DNA of 64,000 nucleotides from a virus (Duplodnaviria; Heunggongvirae; Uroviricota; Caudoviricetes): IMG/VR virus record IMGVR_UViG_3300028832_000003, positions 1 to 64,000 of that record; one strand, 5' to 3'. Shown piece by piece: positions 55,575 to 64,000 of this stretch (position 1 is its first letter; each line of letters starts with the position of its first letter). The notes under the pieces were generated by a model. It saw only the letters and a program-made list of their open reading frames with translations, ran no database searches and was not told where the DNA came from. The position numbers and the translations under genes were made by a program.

Positions 55575-56902
55575 GACACTCCCCTATGCTAAAGCGTAGG
55601 GGTTTCTTGTTTCAACCACCATTACACTAACTGAATAGTGACTTACATGATGTCCACAAGCGTTAAATTCGGATATGTCCTACCCTACTTTGTTTTTCTA
55701 TGTTTTATGCTATTATAATTGCTTCAGCAAGTATATTCTTACTTGCATTTATATCTCTGTCGTGTTTTGTATGACAGTTAGGGCATTCCCATTCTCTGAT
55801 GCATAAATCTTTAACTAATGGGTTTTTATATCCACAACAATTACAAATTTGTGAACTTGGATAGTATCTGTCTATTTTAACTACCTTTTTACCGTACCAT
55901 TCACTTTTGTATTGTAACTGCCTTACAAATTCCGACCAACTAACATCAACAGTTGCTCTATGTATTCCTTTACTCTGACTATTGGTTGATTGTTTCTTTT
56001 GTAGAATACCTTTTACATCTAAATCTTCTATTGCTATTAAGTCATAATCACTAACTAATAAATGACTTAACTTATGTAAAAAGTCTGCTCTTTGATTTGT
56101 AATATGTTCCTGCAATCTTGCAACCTTCATTCTTGCTTTGTTACGATTAGAACTACCTTTTGTTTTTCGAGATAGTTGTTTTTGTAATTTAGCAAGTTTA
56201 TTTAAGGACTGACTTAAATATTTTGGATTTGTTATTACTTGTTCATTAGATAAGGTGCAAAAATCTTTAATGCCCATATCTAATCCTACTTGTTTATTTG
56301 TTTTCTGTAACTGTTGTATGTTTACATCAGTACAACATATAGAAACATAACATTTTCCACTCGGCTCTTGTCTTATTGTTGCATTTAGTATTCTACCTTG
56401 TGGTATATGTTTATTTTTTATTTTTACATTACCTAACTTTGGTAATTTAATATGTGTACCCAAAAATTCTATATTGTTGTTTATGCATTTGGTTTTATAT
56501 GAAAATCTATGTGTTTTCTTGTTTTTATATTTAGGAAAACCAAATTTTTGTTTAAAGAAGTGCTGATATGCACTATCTAAATCCTTTAATGCTGATTGTA
56601 AGGCAACACTATCTACTTCTTTTAGCCATTCATTTTCCTTTTTAAGTGCTTTTAAGTCATTTGCATTATCATAATAGGAGAGTGATGATCCATTATTTTG
56701 ATACGAGTTAATTCTTTCTGCAAGATAATGATTATATACAAATCTACAACAGCCAAATGTTTTTGCAAGTAACTCTTTTTGCCTTTTATTTGGATATAAT
56801 CTGAACTTATATGCTTTTTCTGACATTTAACACCCTACTTTCTATATTCTACTTTTGGCTTACATCTACTAACATAAAGGTTAGGGGGTTTTATACCCCT
56901 TC
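55575..56902 (-). mobile_element. IS200/IS605-family insertion sequence carrying tnpB only (IS1341-like)
   Basis: An intact tnpB ORF fills the intergenic gap between two tail genes. Subterminal hairpins lie at both ends (GGGGTTTTATACCCC at ~56887; CCCCTATGCTAAAGCGTAGGGG at ~55593). Boundaries are approximate. Confidence 0.65.
55705..56826 (-). CDS. tnpB: TnpB (IS605 OrfB, RuvC-like RNA-guided endonuclease family)
   Basis: N-terminal YKFRLYPNKRQKELLAKTFGCCRFVYN; RuvC-I GLDMGIKDF; RuvC-II IAIEDLDV; zinc finger CNCCGY...CPNCH; RuvC-III HDRDINASKNI. Confidence 0.85.
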   Translation of the reverse strand: MSEKAYKFRLYPNKRQKELLAKTFGCCRFVYNHYLAERINSYQNNGSSLSYYDNANDLKALKKENEWLKEVDSVALQSALKDLDSAYQHFFKQKFGFPKYKNKKTHRFSYKTKCINNNIEFLGTHIKLPKLGNVKIKNKHIPQGRILNATIRQEPSGKCYVSICCTDVNIQQLQKTNKQVGLDMGIKDFCTLSNEQVITNPKYLSQSLNKLAKLQKQLSRKTKGSSNRNKARMKVARLQEHITNQRADFLHKLSHLLVSDYDLIAIEDLDVKGILQKKQSTNSQSKGIHRATVDVSWSEFVRQLQYKSEWYGKKVVKIDRYYPSSQICNCCGYKNPLVKDLCIREWECPNCHTKHDRDINASKNILAEAIIIA

Positions 56903-59900
56903 TTATAAAATCTTGTAGACAACCTGATAATCGAAGGTTGCCCCATTATCTCCGTGAACAACAAAGTTATTGTTGTTCTTTTCAACATAAGTTGTAGATG
57001 CTGCGGATGTATTTGTGATAAATACCTTATATCCATAGAACGAATCTGAATCTCCAATAAGAGTACTATTAAGCGGAATAGTTACGCTATCACCAGTTGT
57101 TATAGCACTAGAACCATAATCAAATACCATCGGATTTTGTGAAACAGAAGAGTAATATGTATGATCGTTTTTAATAACACCAACAAAATCTTGCATCATA
57201 AAAGCCATATTGTTAGTTAAGTCATCATAAGTTTTTATACCAGACTCATAAGCAATAGAAAACCACATTTTTGGATTATCCGTATATACAATATGTTTAT
57301 TTTCTTCGTCACTTTTTCTATTTCTTTCGTCAAAATCATCATGTTGATTATCAATATATTCATATTGCTTTTCTATATATCCATGTCTTTTCATTCCATA
57401 TATAGCATAAGGTTCTGAATATCCTTTTACTCTTCCGAATGTTATTTGTTGAAATTCATAATCGTTTTGAGTATTTGGCGTATAATCTGTATTAATTTTC
57501 TTTCTACTAGAAGAAAGAACTCCTTGGTTTGTAAATTGTAATTCTTGATAATCAAAAGGACTATTATCTCCAAAAATATGGCGAGATTTTAACACCATTC
57601 CACCAAGTCCAGTTTGCGTATAATATGTTTTATTTACATTAACTGAAGTGTCTGTTGATGCAAAATATTCATCTAAAGAATCGTCATATTCATACCAATG
57701 TTGTGTTGAAGGATTTTCATTACCTTCTGGTGTAACTACATCAAATGGCAGATTCCCTGAATCAAGTATTAATTTTATATTTCTGCCTTTAATGGTATTA
57801 CCTTTAATTTTTTCCGCATCAATAGATCCTGCAATAATGTTCAGACTCTCAATGTAATCCTTAGTAATGACAGTAGATCTAATCTGCTCTGGATTCTGAT
57901 AGTTCGCATCGTTATTTAATTGACTTACGTTTGTCGGTAAATCACTGGAAGTAACAAAATTACTGTCATTGTTTAAGTCACTAGTATTTTCAGGAATTGT
58001 AGGAGCATCCTCAACATCCGTCCACTGTATCTTCGTTCCCGGTGGAAGAGTCATTCCAGTAGAATCCCAAACACCGCCAGCGATTTCAATACTACCGCCC
58101 TTGATTTCTCCAGCATCAATTCTAGAACCATTGATGTAACCGCCTATCATAAAGTCGCCCATAACGCCAAATTCGTCATGTACTTGCCCGTCTTTAACAT
58201 ACTTACATCTTCCTACTGCTTCTTTAACAGTTCTAAGTCCGTCATCACTAAACAATATTCTAGAACCACCAATAAGCACGCAATCATTAGGATATTCTGT
58301 ATCAGTACTTGATAACAGAATGCCACGATTGTCGATGTTTACGTCGGCAGTAGAAGTCTTTATTGTCTGCCCAGCAGCCACAAGTCCATCCTCTAGCATA
58401 CTGTTTACTTCGTTAATATCCTTGTTGGCCGCATTCCAATACGAACCCTTGACGGACACGGTAGTTGACACGGACGATGCCGTATTAATCGCCTTAGTTA
58501 TGTCTGTAAACAAAGTCTTTTCTTTTGTCTTATTAAGATTGCCAAATGTCACGGACAGACTTGCCAAATCATAGAAGTCAATGTCGAACGACAGCAGTCT
58601 TGCCTTTACAACATAATCATCACGAAGAATTACGTGAACATAATTTCCGCGTTCAAAGTCCACCGAAACGTCATCAAAGTCTTTTAAGTTAAACAGATTA
58701 ACGAGAGAAGTGCTGAACTGTATCTGTGGCTGAGACACTTTCGCAAGTTCCGTTTCACCATACTCAAGCATATCCTGTAACATCAGAACTCTTTCCTCAT
58801 CAGTCATACTGTCAGTGATAACATAGTTATCAGAGTTAATGGACTCTTCACGGACAAACATGAGAAGTTCCTCAAGCTGTGAAGCAGTGAAGTTATTCTT
58901 CATTGCAACGTCAACAACGATTGTGTTCATACTGTCATGCACTGCTTGTAACTGCGAGTTCAATGCACTCAGTTGAGTTTCAACAACAGTAATCTGTTGT
59001 TTGATGTCATTAATCTGATTGTACAAAGGAAGGTATTTTGTCTCGTAATCACGGTGAGACGGATCGCCTTGCCCAGCCTTAATCATTACGGACTGCTGTT
59101 GTTCCCTTTTGGAAAGTTCTTCCTTTAGAGGATTAAGACCATACTTAGTCCAGTCCGTACTTGTGGTTCCGGCTTTGTAGATGTTAGGAGTAAAGTAGAG
59201 TTCAGGATCAAACTGACCTTCCACGTCACTAATGGTCACTCCGTCTTTTACAAAGATTGAGAGTCTGTTATAGCCAGTCTGATATCTCTTTGTATTTCCG
59301 TCACCCTGATCCTTTGAATTACCCTCATCTTTAGATTGTGGAATGTCCTTGTTGTACCACTGCATGTATATGTCACCCTTTGCTGGGTTCTCAGCTTCGT
59401 CATCTAGTGAAGGGCATCCGCAGAAACTGTATATCTCATCAGCCTCAAGATAGTCATTGAGGTTATCACAAATCACGTATTCAGTAAATCCGTTTGCAGT
59501 ACCTTTAAGACCTATGCTCCCAGTAGGAACTCCAGAAGTCTGTGCAGCAATTGTTACTCCATTAATCATCCCGCTGTAAGATGGGATGGAAGTAATAAGG
59601 TTGTCGCCACCCTTCGGCATCTTCTCATTCATGAGATAATTTATGTCATGGTAGAGGGCAATGCTTTGATTAACCAAATCATTATAAGCAACACGGTTAT
59701 TTTCCATTTTTGTTTTCCAAAGAGCATAAGCATTACATGTGTCGGTACTCATGAATTCAGGAGTAACGTAGTAATCAAAATTGTAGATACGGTCTGAACC
59801 CATATTCACTTCACGAAGGTTCAAATCTTCCGCACCAATGACCGTCATACATGTCTTTATTTCATCGACGGAAGAGGAGAGTTGCACATTCTGAAGAAGA

Positions 59901-60550
59901 TTATCAAACGTCAGAAAGATGTTTGTATCCTCGCCATAAGTGCTTTCCTTATAAACGTTAACCGTCTTGTACCACGAGTCGAATATAATCGTCGCTTCAA
60001 AAGCTTCTGCAACTTCGCTAGTAAGGAAGGAATAAATATCAGTCCTTTCACATTCGAAGTATCTTTCCTTTTTTGCGATATCTGGATCAACATATCCGAT
60101 GTGCCAGTCAGGACATTTCTCGTCAAGAACGAGGTTAAGCAAGCTGATTGTCTTGTTGTTGGCATCATACAGACGAACTCCGTTAATGCCATAATCCTCA
60201 CCATTGTTGATGTAGAACTCCTCAAGATACTTCTGACCAAGGATTGTTTCCAAACTCTTTGCGGTTACTGACTTCTTCGGATTTACTCCGTCGTCTTCCT
60301 CGTCTACTTCGGAAATAATGAACCTAAACTGTCCCGGAATAATGACCATCTTCATTTCCGTAATAACGTCGTACACTTCATTTTCGACTTCATCATTCTT
60401 CTTATAGGTCGTGAAAGATATTTCGTTTAATTCGTTTATGCTTAGTTTCTTCTCCGTACATGGGATTTCGCCAATTCTCTCTCCATTAATCTTGCACAGT
60501 ACGTAAGAAGGAACTTCTATATTGTTATAAAAGTCTCTGTTAAGAATCAT
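56903..60550 (-). CDS. Tal-type tail-tip protein (tail-associated lysin / endopeptidase-tail family), 1215 aa
   Basis: Lies immediately downstream of the Dit gene in TMP-Dit-Tal order. Its size and N-terminal region are typical of siphovirus Tal proteins. Confidence 0.6.
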   Translation of the reverse strand: MILNRDFYNNIEVPSYVLCKINGERIGEIPCTEKKLSINELNEISFTTYKKNDEVENEVYDVITEMKMVIIPGQFRFIISEVDEEDDGVNPKKSVTAKSLETILGQKYLEEFYINNGEDYGINGVRLYDANNKTISLLNLVLDEKCPDWHIGYVDPDIAKKERYFECERTDIYSFLTSEVAEAFEATIIFDSWYKTVNVYKESTYGEDTNIFLTFDNLLQNVQLSSSVDEIKTCMTVIGAEDLNLREVNMGSDRIYNFDYYVTPEFMSTDTCNAYALWKTKMENNRVAYNDLVNQSIALYHDINYLMNEKMPKGGDNLITSIPSYSGMINGVTIAAQTSGVPTGSIGLKGTANGFTEYVICDNLNDYLEADEIYSFCGCPSLDDEAENPAKGDIYMQWYNKDIPQSKDEGNSKDQGDGNTKRYQTGYNRLSIFVKDGVTISDVEGQFDPELYFTPNIYKAGTTSTDWTKYGLNPLKEELSKREQQQSVMIKAGQGDPSHRDYETKYLPLYNQINDIKQQITVVETQLSALNSQLQAVHDSMNTIVVDVAMKNNFTASQLEELLMFVREESINSDNYVITDSMTDEERVLMLQDMLEYGETELAKVSQPQIQFSTSLVNLFNLKDFDDVSVDFERGNYVHVILRDDYVVKARLLSFDIDFYDLASLSVTFGNLNKTKEKTLFTDITKAINTASSVSTTVSVKGSYWNAANKDINEVNSMLEDGLVAAGQTIKTSTADVNIDNRGILLSSTDTEYPNDCVLIGGSRILFSDDGLRTVKEAVGRCKYVKDGQVHDEFGVMGDFMIGGYINGSRIDAGEIKGGSIEIAGGVWDSTGMTLPPGTKIQWTDVEDAPTIPENTSDLNNDSNFVTSSDLPTNVSQLNNDANYQNPEQIRSTVITKDYIESLNIIAGSIDAEKIKGNTIKGRNIKLILDSGNLPFDVVTPEGNENPSTQHWYEYDDSLDEYFASTDTSVNVNKTYYTQTGLGGMVLKSRHIFGDNSPFDYQELQFTNQGVLSSSRKKINTDYTPNTQNDYEFQQITFGRVKGYSEPYAIYGMKRHGYIEKQYEYIDNQHDDFDERNRKSDEENKHIVYTDNPKMWFSIAYESGIKTYDDLTNNMAFMMQDFVGVIKNDHTYYSSVSQNPMVFDYGSSAITTGDSVTIPLNSTLIGDSDSFYGYKVFITNTSAASTTYVEKNNNNFVVHGDNGATFDYQVVYKIL

Positions 60551-61392
60551 AGGAATCCCACCTTTCTGGGAAGTTTCATCTTAATGTCTATAGTTACGGG
60601 GTGGCTGACCTGAATTTCATTTTCCCCATAGATCAGCCGTGGGAATATATAATTAAAAGTCTCTGAATAATTACTGTTCATCGAACTTGTAATCTTGCTT
60701 AGAGTGGAGTCAATCGTAATTGTTTCTCCAGCTTTGATTTCATTTATGTGAGTAATTCGATTGTCATCAGACAGGTTTGTGATTGAAAAATCTGTAATCA
60801 AACTGTCTGAAGTAATCTCAATGATTGGTTTCAGATAATCATATCTGTTATCCGAGTTGTTGTTGATTTTGAGGATTACATCATTAGCTGTAGTAACGTC
60901 GGCATATTCGTCATCAATCCATGCGAACTGTGAATCACATTCCATTGGAAATCTTATGCCAACAATCTTACCAGCACTTTCCTCAACCTCGGCATCTGTT
61001 ATTCTAACCATGTAGTATAAGTTCTCTAACATTCCGGGAGCATATACATACATTTTCTTATACCCTTGAAATCCGGTGAGTCTGCTGAGTATTTCACGAA
61101 CTTCATTCACCGTAAAGAAGTTTTTATTGGTTATATGCCAATTCTGTATTACAGTCATTGTAGGCTGTAACTTGGAGTTATATTTTGAACCAAGATATGT
61201 TGGAACTGGATTAGTGCCAAGAAATTCCTCGGTAGTATCCATCGTCATTCCAAGTTCATATGTGTCCTCAAAGTTGAACGAGGCCAACATAAGACCGTGG
61301 TCTGATAGTCTGTAGTCGCCAATAAGAGCGTCTCTTCCAAATACGTCCATTCTTTGTTCCTCACCTTCTTTCTTAGTATTGAAATAGGGCAT
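60547..61392 (-). CDS. distal tail protein (Dit)
   Basis: 281 aa; directly follows the tape measure gene with an ATGA-type overlap into Tal; canonical siphovirus synteny. Confidence 0.6.
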   Translation of the reverse strand: MPYFNTKKEGEEQRMDVFGRDALIGDYRLSDHGLMLASFNFEDTYELGMTMDTTEEFLGTNPVPTYLGSKYNSKLQPTMTVIQNWHITNKNFFTVNEVREILSRLTGFQGYKKMYVYAPGMLENLYYMVRITDAEVEESAGKIVGIRFPMECDSQFAWIDDEYADVTTANDVILKINNNSDNRYDYLKPIIEITSDSLITDFSITNLSDDNRITHINEIKAGETITIDSTLSKITSSMNSNYSETFNYIFPRLIYGENEIQVSHPVTIDIKMKLPRKVGFL

Positions 61393-61452
61393 AACGGTAT
61401 TTCACGCTATGCCCCATAAATAAAAAATGAACGGTCACCCGTCCAATAAAAG

Positions 61453-64000
61453 TTATCTTTTAATTATTTCACTTGAAAAATCTTTGAATGCTTTTGTAAT
61501 TGCATTGTTGACAAATCCCTTCATCTTATCAACATTCGTGTCGTCGATGTTGCCATTGACGGTAAGAACATTTCCGATGGTAAGTACAGGAGTCATTGTT
61601 TTACTACTGTATGTAGGCATCTTTAACTTGCCGAAGATTGTGGATGGATCAATCTTACTTAACTTGAATAAGTTGTCCGTCTGCTCTGCGGTGAGAACAG
61701 TGTCCCCCTTGTTAAGTTTTGTAAGAATTGCATTACGGGTAGGAGAGAGGATTGCCTCTTGTCCAAGTTCCTGCGTCCATGCCATTTCGTCTGCTTTAAG
61801 CTTGTGAACACCTACTGCATAACCACTGTACTTCTGAAGAATTGCCGCTTGTCTTGCTTTGTAATCAGCTATTGCTTTATCAACAATCGATTTCGTTTCT
61901 GCGGCGCCTTGGCTATATTGTACAGATTTTGTGAGTTGTTCATATGCTGAAGAGTATTGTCCAGTACTTGGATTCCAATATCCACCGTACATAAAATCTG
62001 AATCTAATTTATCTAATTCTTTTTGTTTGTTTTGCTTGTTTTGTTGTTGCTGTTTCAATGCTGCGGCTTGTTCAGCTGCATTTCTAGCATTTTGTCCATT
62101 GGTAGCATAGTCAGGTATTCCTGCTGTTTGTGCAGCCTGTTCCTCTGCACGTCTAGCTTGTTGCGCTTTTGTAACTGCATCAGTATTAGAAGTAGAAGTA
62201 AATCCATTTGATATAATGTCTACGACCTGGTTGCCCAAATCTTGGACTTCTCTTAGAACATTCATTGCTTCCGTCTTTTTATGTAATTCTGCTTTCCAAG
62301 CATCTAAATCACTAGTATCTTCATCTTTTTTAGGAGGTTGTCCACCTGGCGTAGATCCTTTATCACCATCACCGCCAGCACCACTTGCAGTTGCAATAGT
62401 TTTATTGATTTCATCTTGAATTTCTCTAAGAGAATTAATAATTCTACTGTTGTCATACCCACCTTCAAGAGTTTTAATTAATGCATTCTGCAACATATTG
62501 GTAGCATTAATTAAATCCATCTCGGTGTCTCTAGTAGAATTAAGCTCCATCACAAGGCTGTCTGCTTTCGCGGTAAAGATGTTTGCAACTTCCGCAGCCG
62601 TGATATCAGCTTCAGCTTGAAGTCCACCAAGATACAGCTCAAGAATGTTAATCTCAGACATGAATCCGCTAGACTCAACTGCAAGAGTTTCACCATATGC
62701 CGCAATTGCATTTTCACCTTGTTTCCAAGAATTAGTAATGGTTTCGGATACAATAACTCCATGAGTTTTAACGAGTTCAGCTATTGTTTCCGCAATCGCA
62801 TTTGTATTGTTCTTAATGATTTCGAATGAATCCTTTTGAACCTTTTCAGTATCTTTAAGGTATTCCTCTAAAGCATCAATTTCTTTTTGTCTCTCGTCTT
62901 CGAAGTCTTCCATCTGCTGGTCGAGTGCTTCTTTCTGTTTCTCAATAGAGTGATCGTATTGAGTCTCTTCGAGATCTTCTAATGCTTCATTAAGTTCCTG
63001 TTGGAGTTTAATGCGTTTAGCATTTGCAGATGCAGAGTCATCATTGGACAATACTGCAATTTGATTTTGAAGTTTAGTAATGTTCTTATTCTTCTCAGCG
63101 AGAGTCTTCTGCCAATCATGGAGGTCTTTATCTTGATCGAGAGCTTCCTTCTGTGCATCAATGAGTTCTTTATACTTGTCAATCTGTTTTTGGATACCTT
63201 CCTTGATTAAGTCAACACGGGCTTTGTTCAAATCCATAATGGATTTCTTAGCATCCTCAGCAGCAAGTGCTTCAGACCATTGTTGCTCAGTAAGTTCTGA
63301 CAACTTGTCAAGATACTCAGTAGTGGAATACAATCCGTTAGCATAAGAATCATTAAGTTGGTCAATTTGTTCCTGATACTTCTCAACATTATGTCGAGCA
63401 AGTTCGTACTGTTCCGCAAACATTCCGAGACGAGTCATTCCTTCTTTAGACCAGACTCCTTCTTCGTCAGACACGTCAATTTCATCAATAAGACTATTGA
63501 TATTATTGAGTTGATCCTTCAAAGAAGAGAACTGATTCTGAAGTCTCTCGAATGCTTGATCACTAAGTTCAAGGATGGAGTTCTGAAGTTGTTCGATGGA
63601 TTGGTCACAGTCAAGAATGCTTTCATCAACTTCCTTGATGGAGTTAACCATCTCAAGCCATTCGTCCGTACCCTTTTGAATATATCCGTTAGCGATGGAA
63701 GAGGAGAGATCATTGATAAGTTCCGCTTTCTCTTTTTCAAGAAGATTGCGTTGCTTTCTTGAAACTTCAATCTGTGCTTCGTAGAATCCTTTACCAATGA
63801 TTTGCCCGGCTTCTTCAAACAAAGATATCTGTTTGTCAATAAAACTGCTTGCAGAACCAATAAGTTCAAACTCGTCTGTAAAATCTTGAACGATGTTATT
63901 AAACTTGTCAAGCGCAAGGTCACGCAACGTTTCCTTTAACTCAAGAAGTTTTTGATTGCAATCGTTAACCTTATTCGCCCAGTTCTGATATTCGGTGAGA
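61453..64000 (-). CDS. tail tape measure protein (partial, runs past the window end)
   Basis: More than 850 aa, coiled-coil rich (Q/E/K/L/A repeats, QQQQNKQNKQKELDKL). The reading frame stays open from 63928 to 64000, so the N-terminus lies outside the window. Confidence 0.7.
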   Translation of the reverse strand, partial: LTEYQNWANKVNDCNQKLLELKETLRDLALDKFNNIVQDFTDEFELIGSASSFIDKQISLFEEAGQIIGKGFYEAQIEVSRKQRNLLEKEKAELINDLSSSIANGYIQKGTDEWLEMVNSIKEVDESILDCDQSIEQLQNSILELSDQAFERLQNQFSSLKDQLNNINSLIDEIDVSDEEGVWSKEGMTRLGMFAEQYELARHNVEKYQEQIDQLNDSYANGLYSTTEYLDKLSELTEQQWSEALAAEDAKKSIMDLNKARVDLIKEGIQKQIDKYKELIDAQKEALDQDKDLHDWQKTLAEKNKNITKLQNQIAVLSNDDSASANAKRIKLQQELNEALEDLEETQYDHSIEKQKEALDQQMEDFEDERQKEIDALEEYLKDTEKVQKDSFEIIKNNTNAIAETIAELVKTHGVIVSETITNSWKQGENAIAAYGETLAVESSGFMSEINILELYLGGLQAEADITAAEVANIFTAKADSLVMELNSTRDTEMDLINATNMLQNALIKTLEGGYDNSRIINSLREIQDEINKTIATASGAGGDGDKGSTPGGQPPKKDEDTSDLDAWKAELHKKTEAMNVLREVQDLGNQVVDIISNGFTSTSNTDAVTKAQQARRAEEQAAQTAGIPDYATNGQNARNAAEQAAALKQQQQNKQNKQKELDKLDSDFMYGGYWNPSTGQYSSAYEQLTKSVQYSQGAAETKSIVDKAIADYKARQAAILQKYSGYAVGVHKLKADEMAWTQELGQEAILSPTRNAILTKLNKGDTVLTAEQTDNLFKLSKIDPSTIFGKLKMPTYSSKTMTPVLTIGNVLTVNGNIDDTNVDKMKGFVNNAITKAFKDFSSEIIKR

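Noticed and set aside
1-64000. CRISPR array / Cas genes
   Set aside because: There are no regularly spaced direct repeats with unique spacers anywhere. The only Cas-like protein is a Cas4/RecB-family nuclease in a replication context, which is common in phages.

Overview
Temperate phage or prophage segment from a low-GC Firmicutes-type host. The call rests on strong AGGAGG-like Shine-Dalgarno sites, AT-rich sequence and a tyrosine integrase. Bases 1-41400 are a plus-strand early / replication / nucleotide-metabolism block. Most of it is small ORFs, many with zinc ribbons and many joined by ATGA overlaps. It also holds two cytosine-C5 methyltransferase homologues, an AAA_24/Sak4-like ATPase, an SSB, a primase-helicase, an SPFH protein and a Cas4-like nuclease. 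The DnaE (Pol III alpha) gene is interrupted by a GIY-YIG homing-endonuclease cassette. There is a radical-SAM/SPASM gene followed by four paralogues that share an 18-aa N-terminus. Further genes are an RNA ligase, a DUF4406/NDT-like protein, a guanylate-kinase-like protein, the class III RNR NrdD, dUTPase, a HigA-like HTH protein and a SleB-like hydrolase. The block ends with a tyrosine integrase. A tRNA cluster holds tRNA-Ile(UAU), tRNA-Gln(UUG) and two long tRNA-like RNAs. Bases 41700-64000 are a minus-strand siphovirus-type tail module: tape measure (partial) -> Dit -> Tal -> TnpB-only IS200/IS605 insertion -> paralogous BppU-N-domain fibres -> LamG and fibre proteins. Recurrent non-coding signals include a GAGAATTA motif, a gene-junction repeat, palindromic operators, an inverted-repeat-bounded ORF-less element and a candidate small RNA. 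All coordinates read by hand from the sequence may be off by 1-2 nt.
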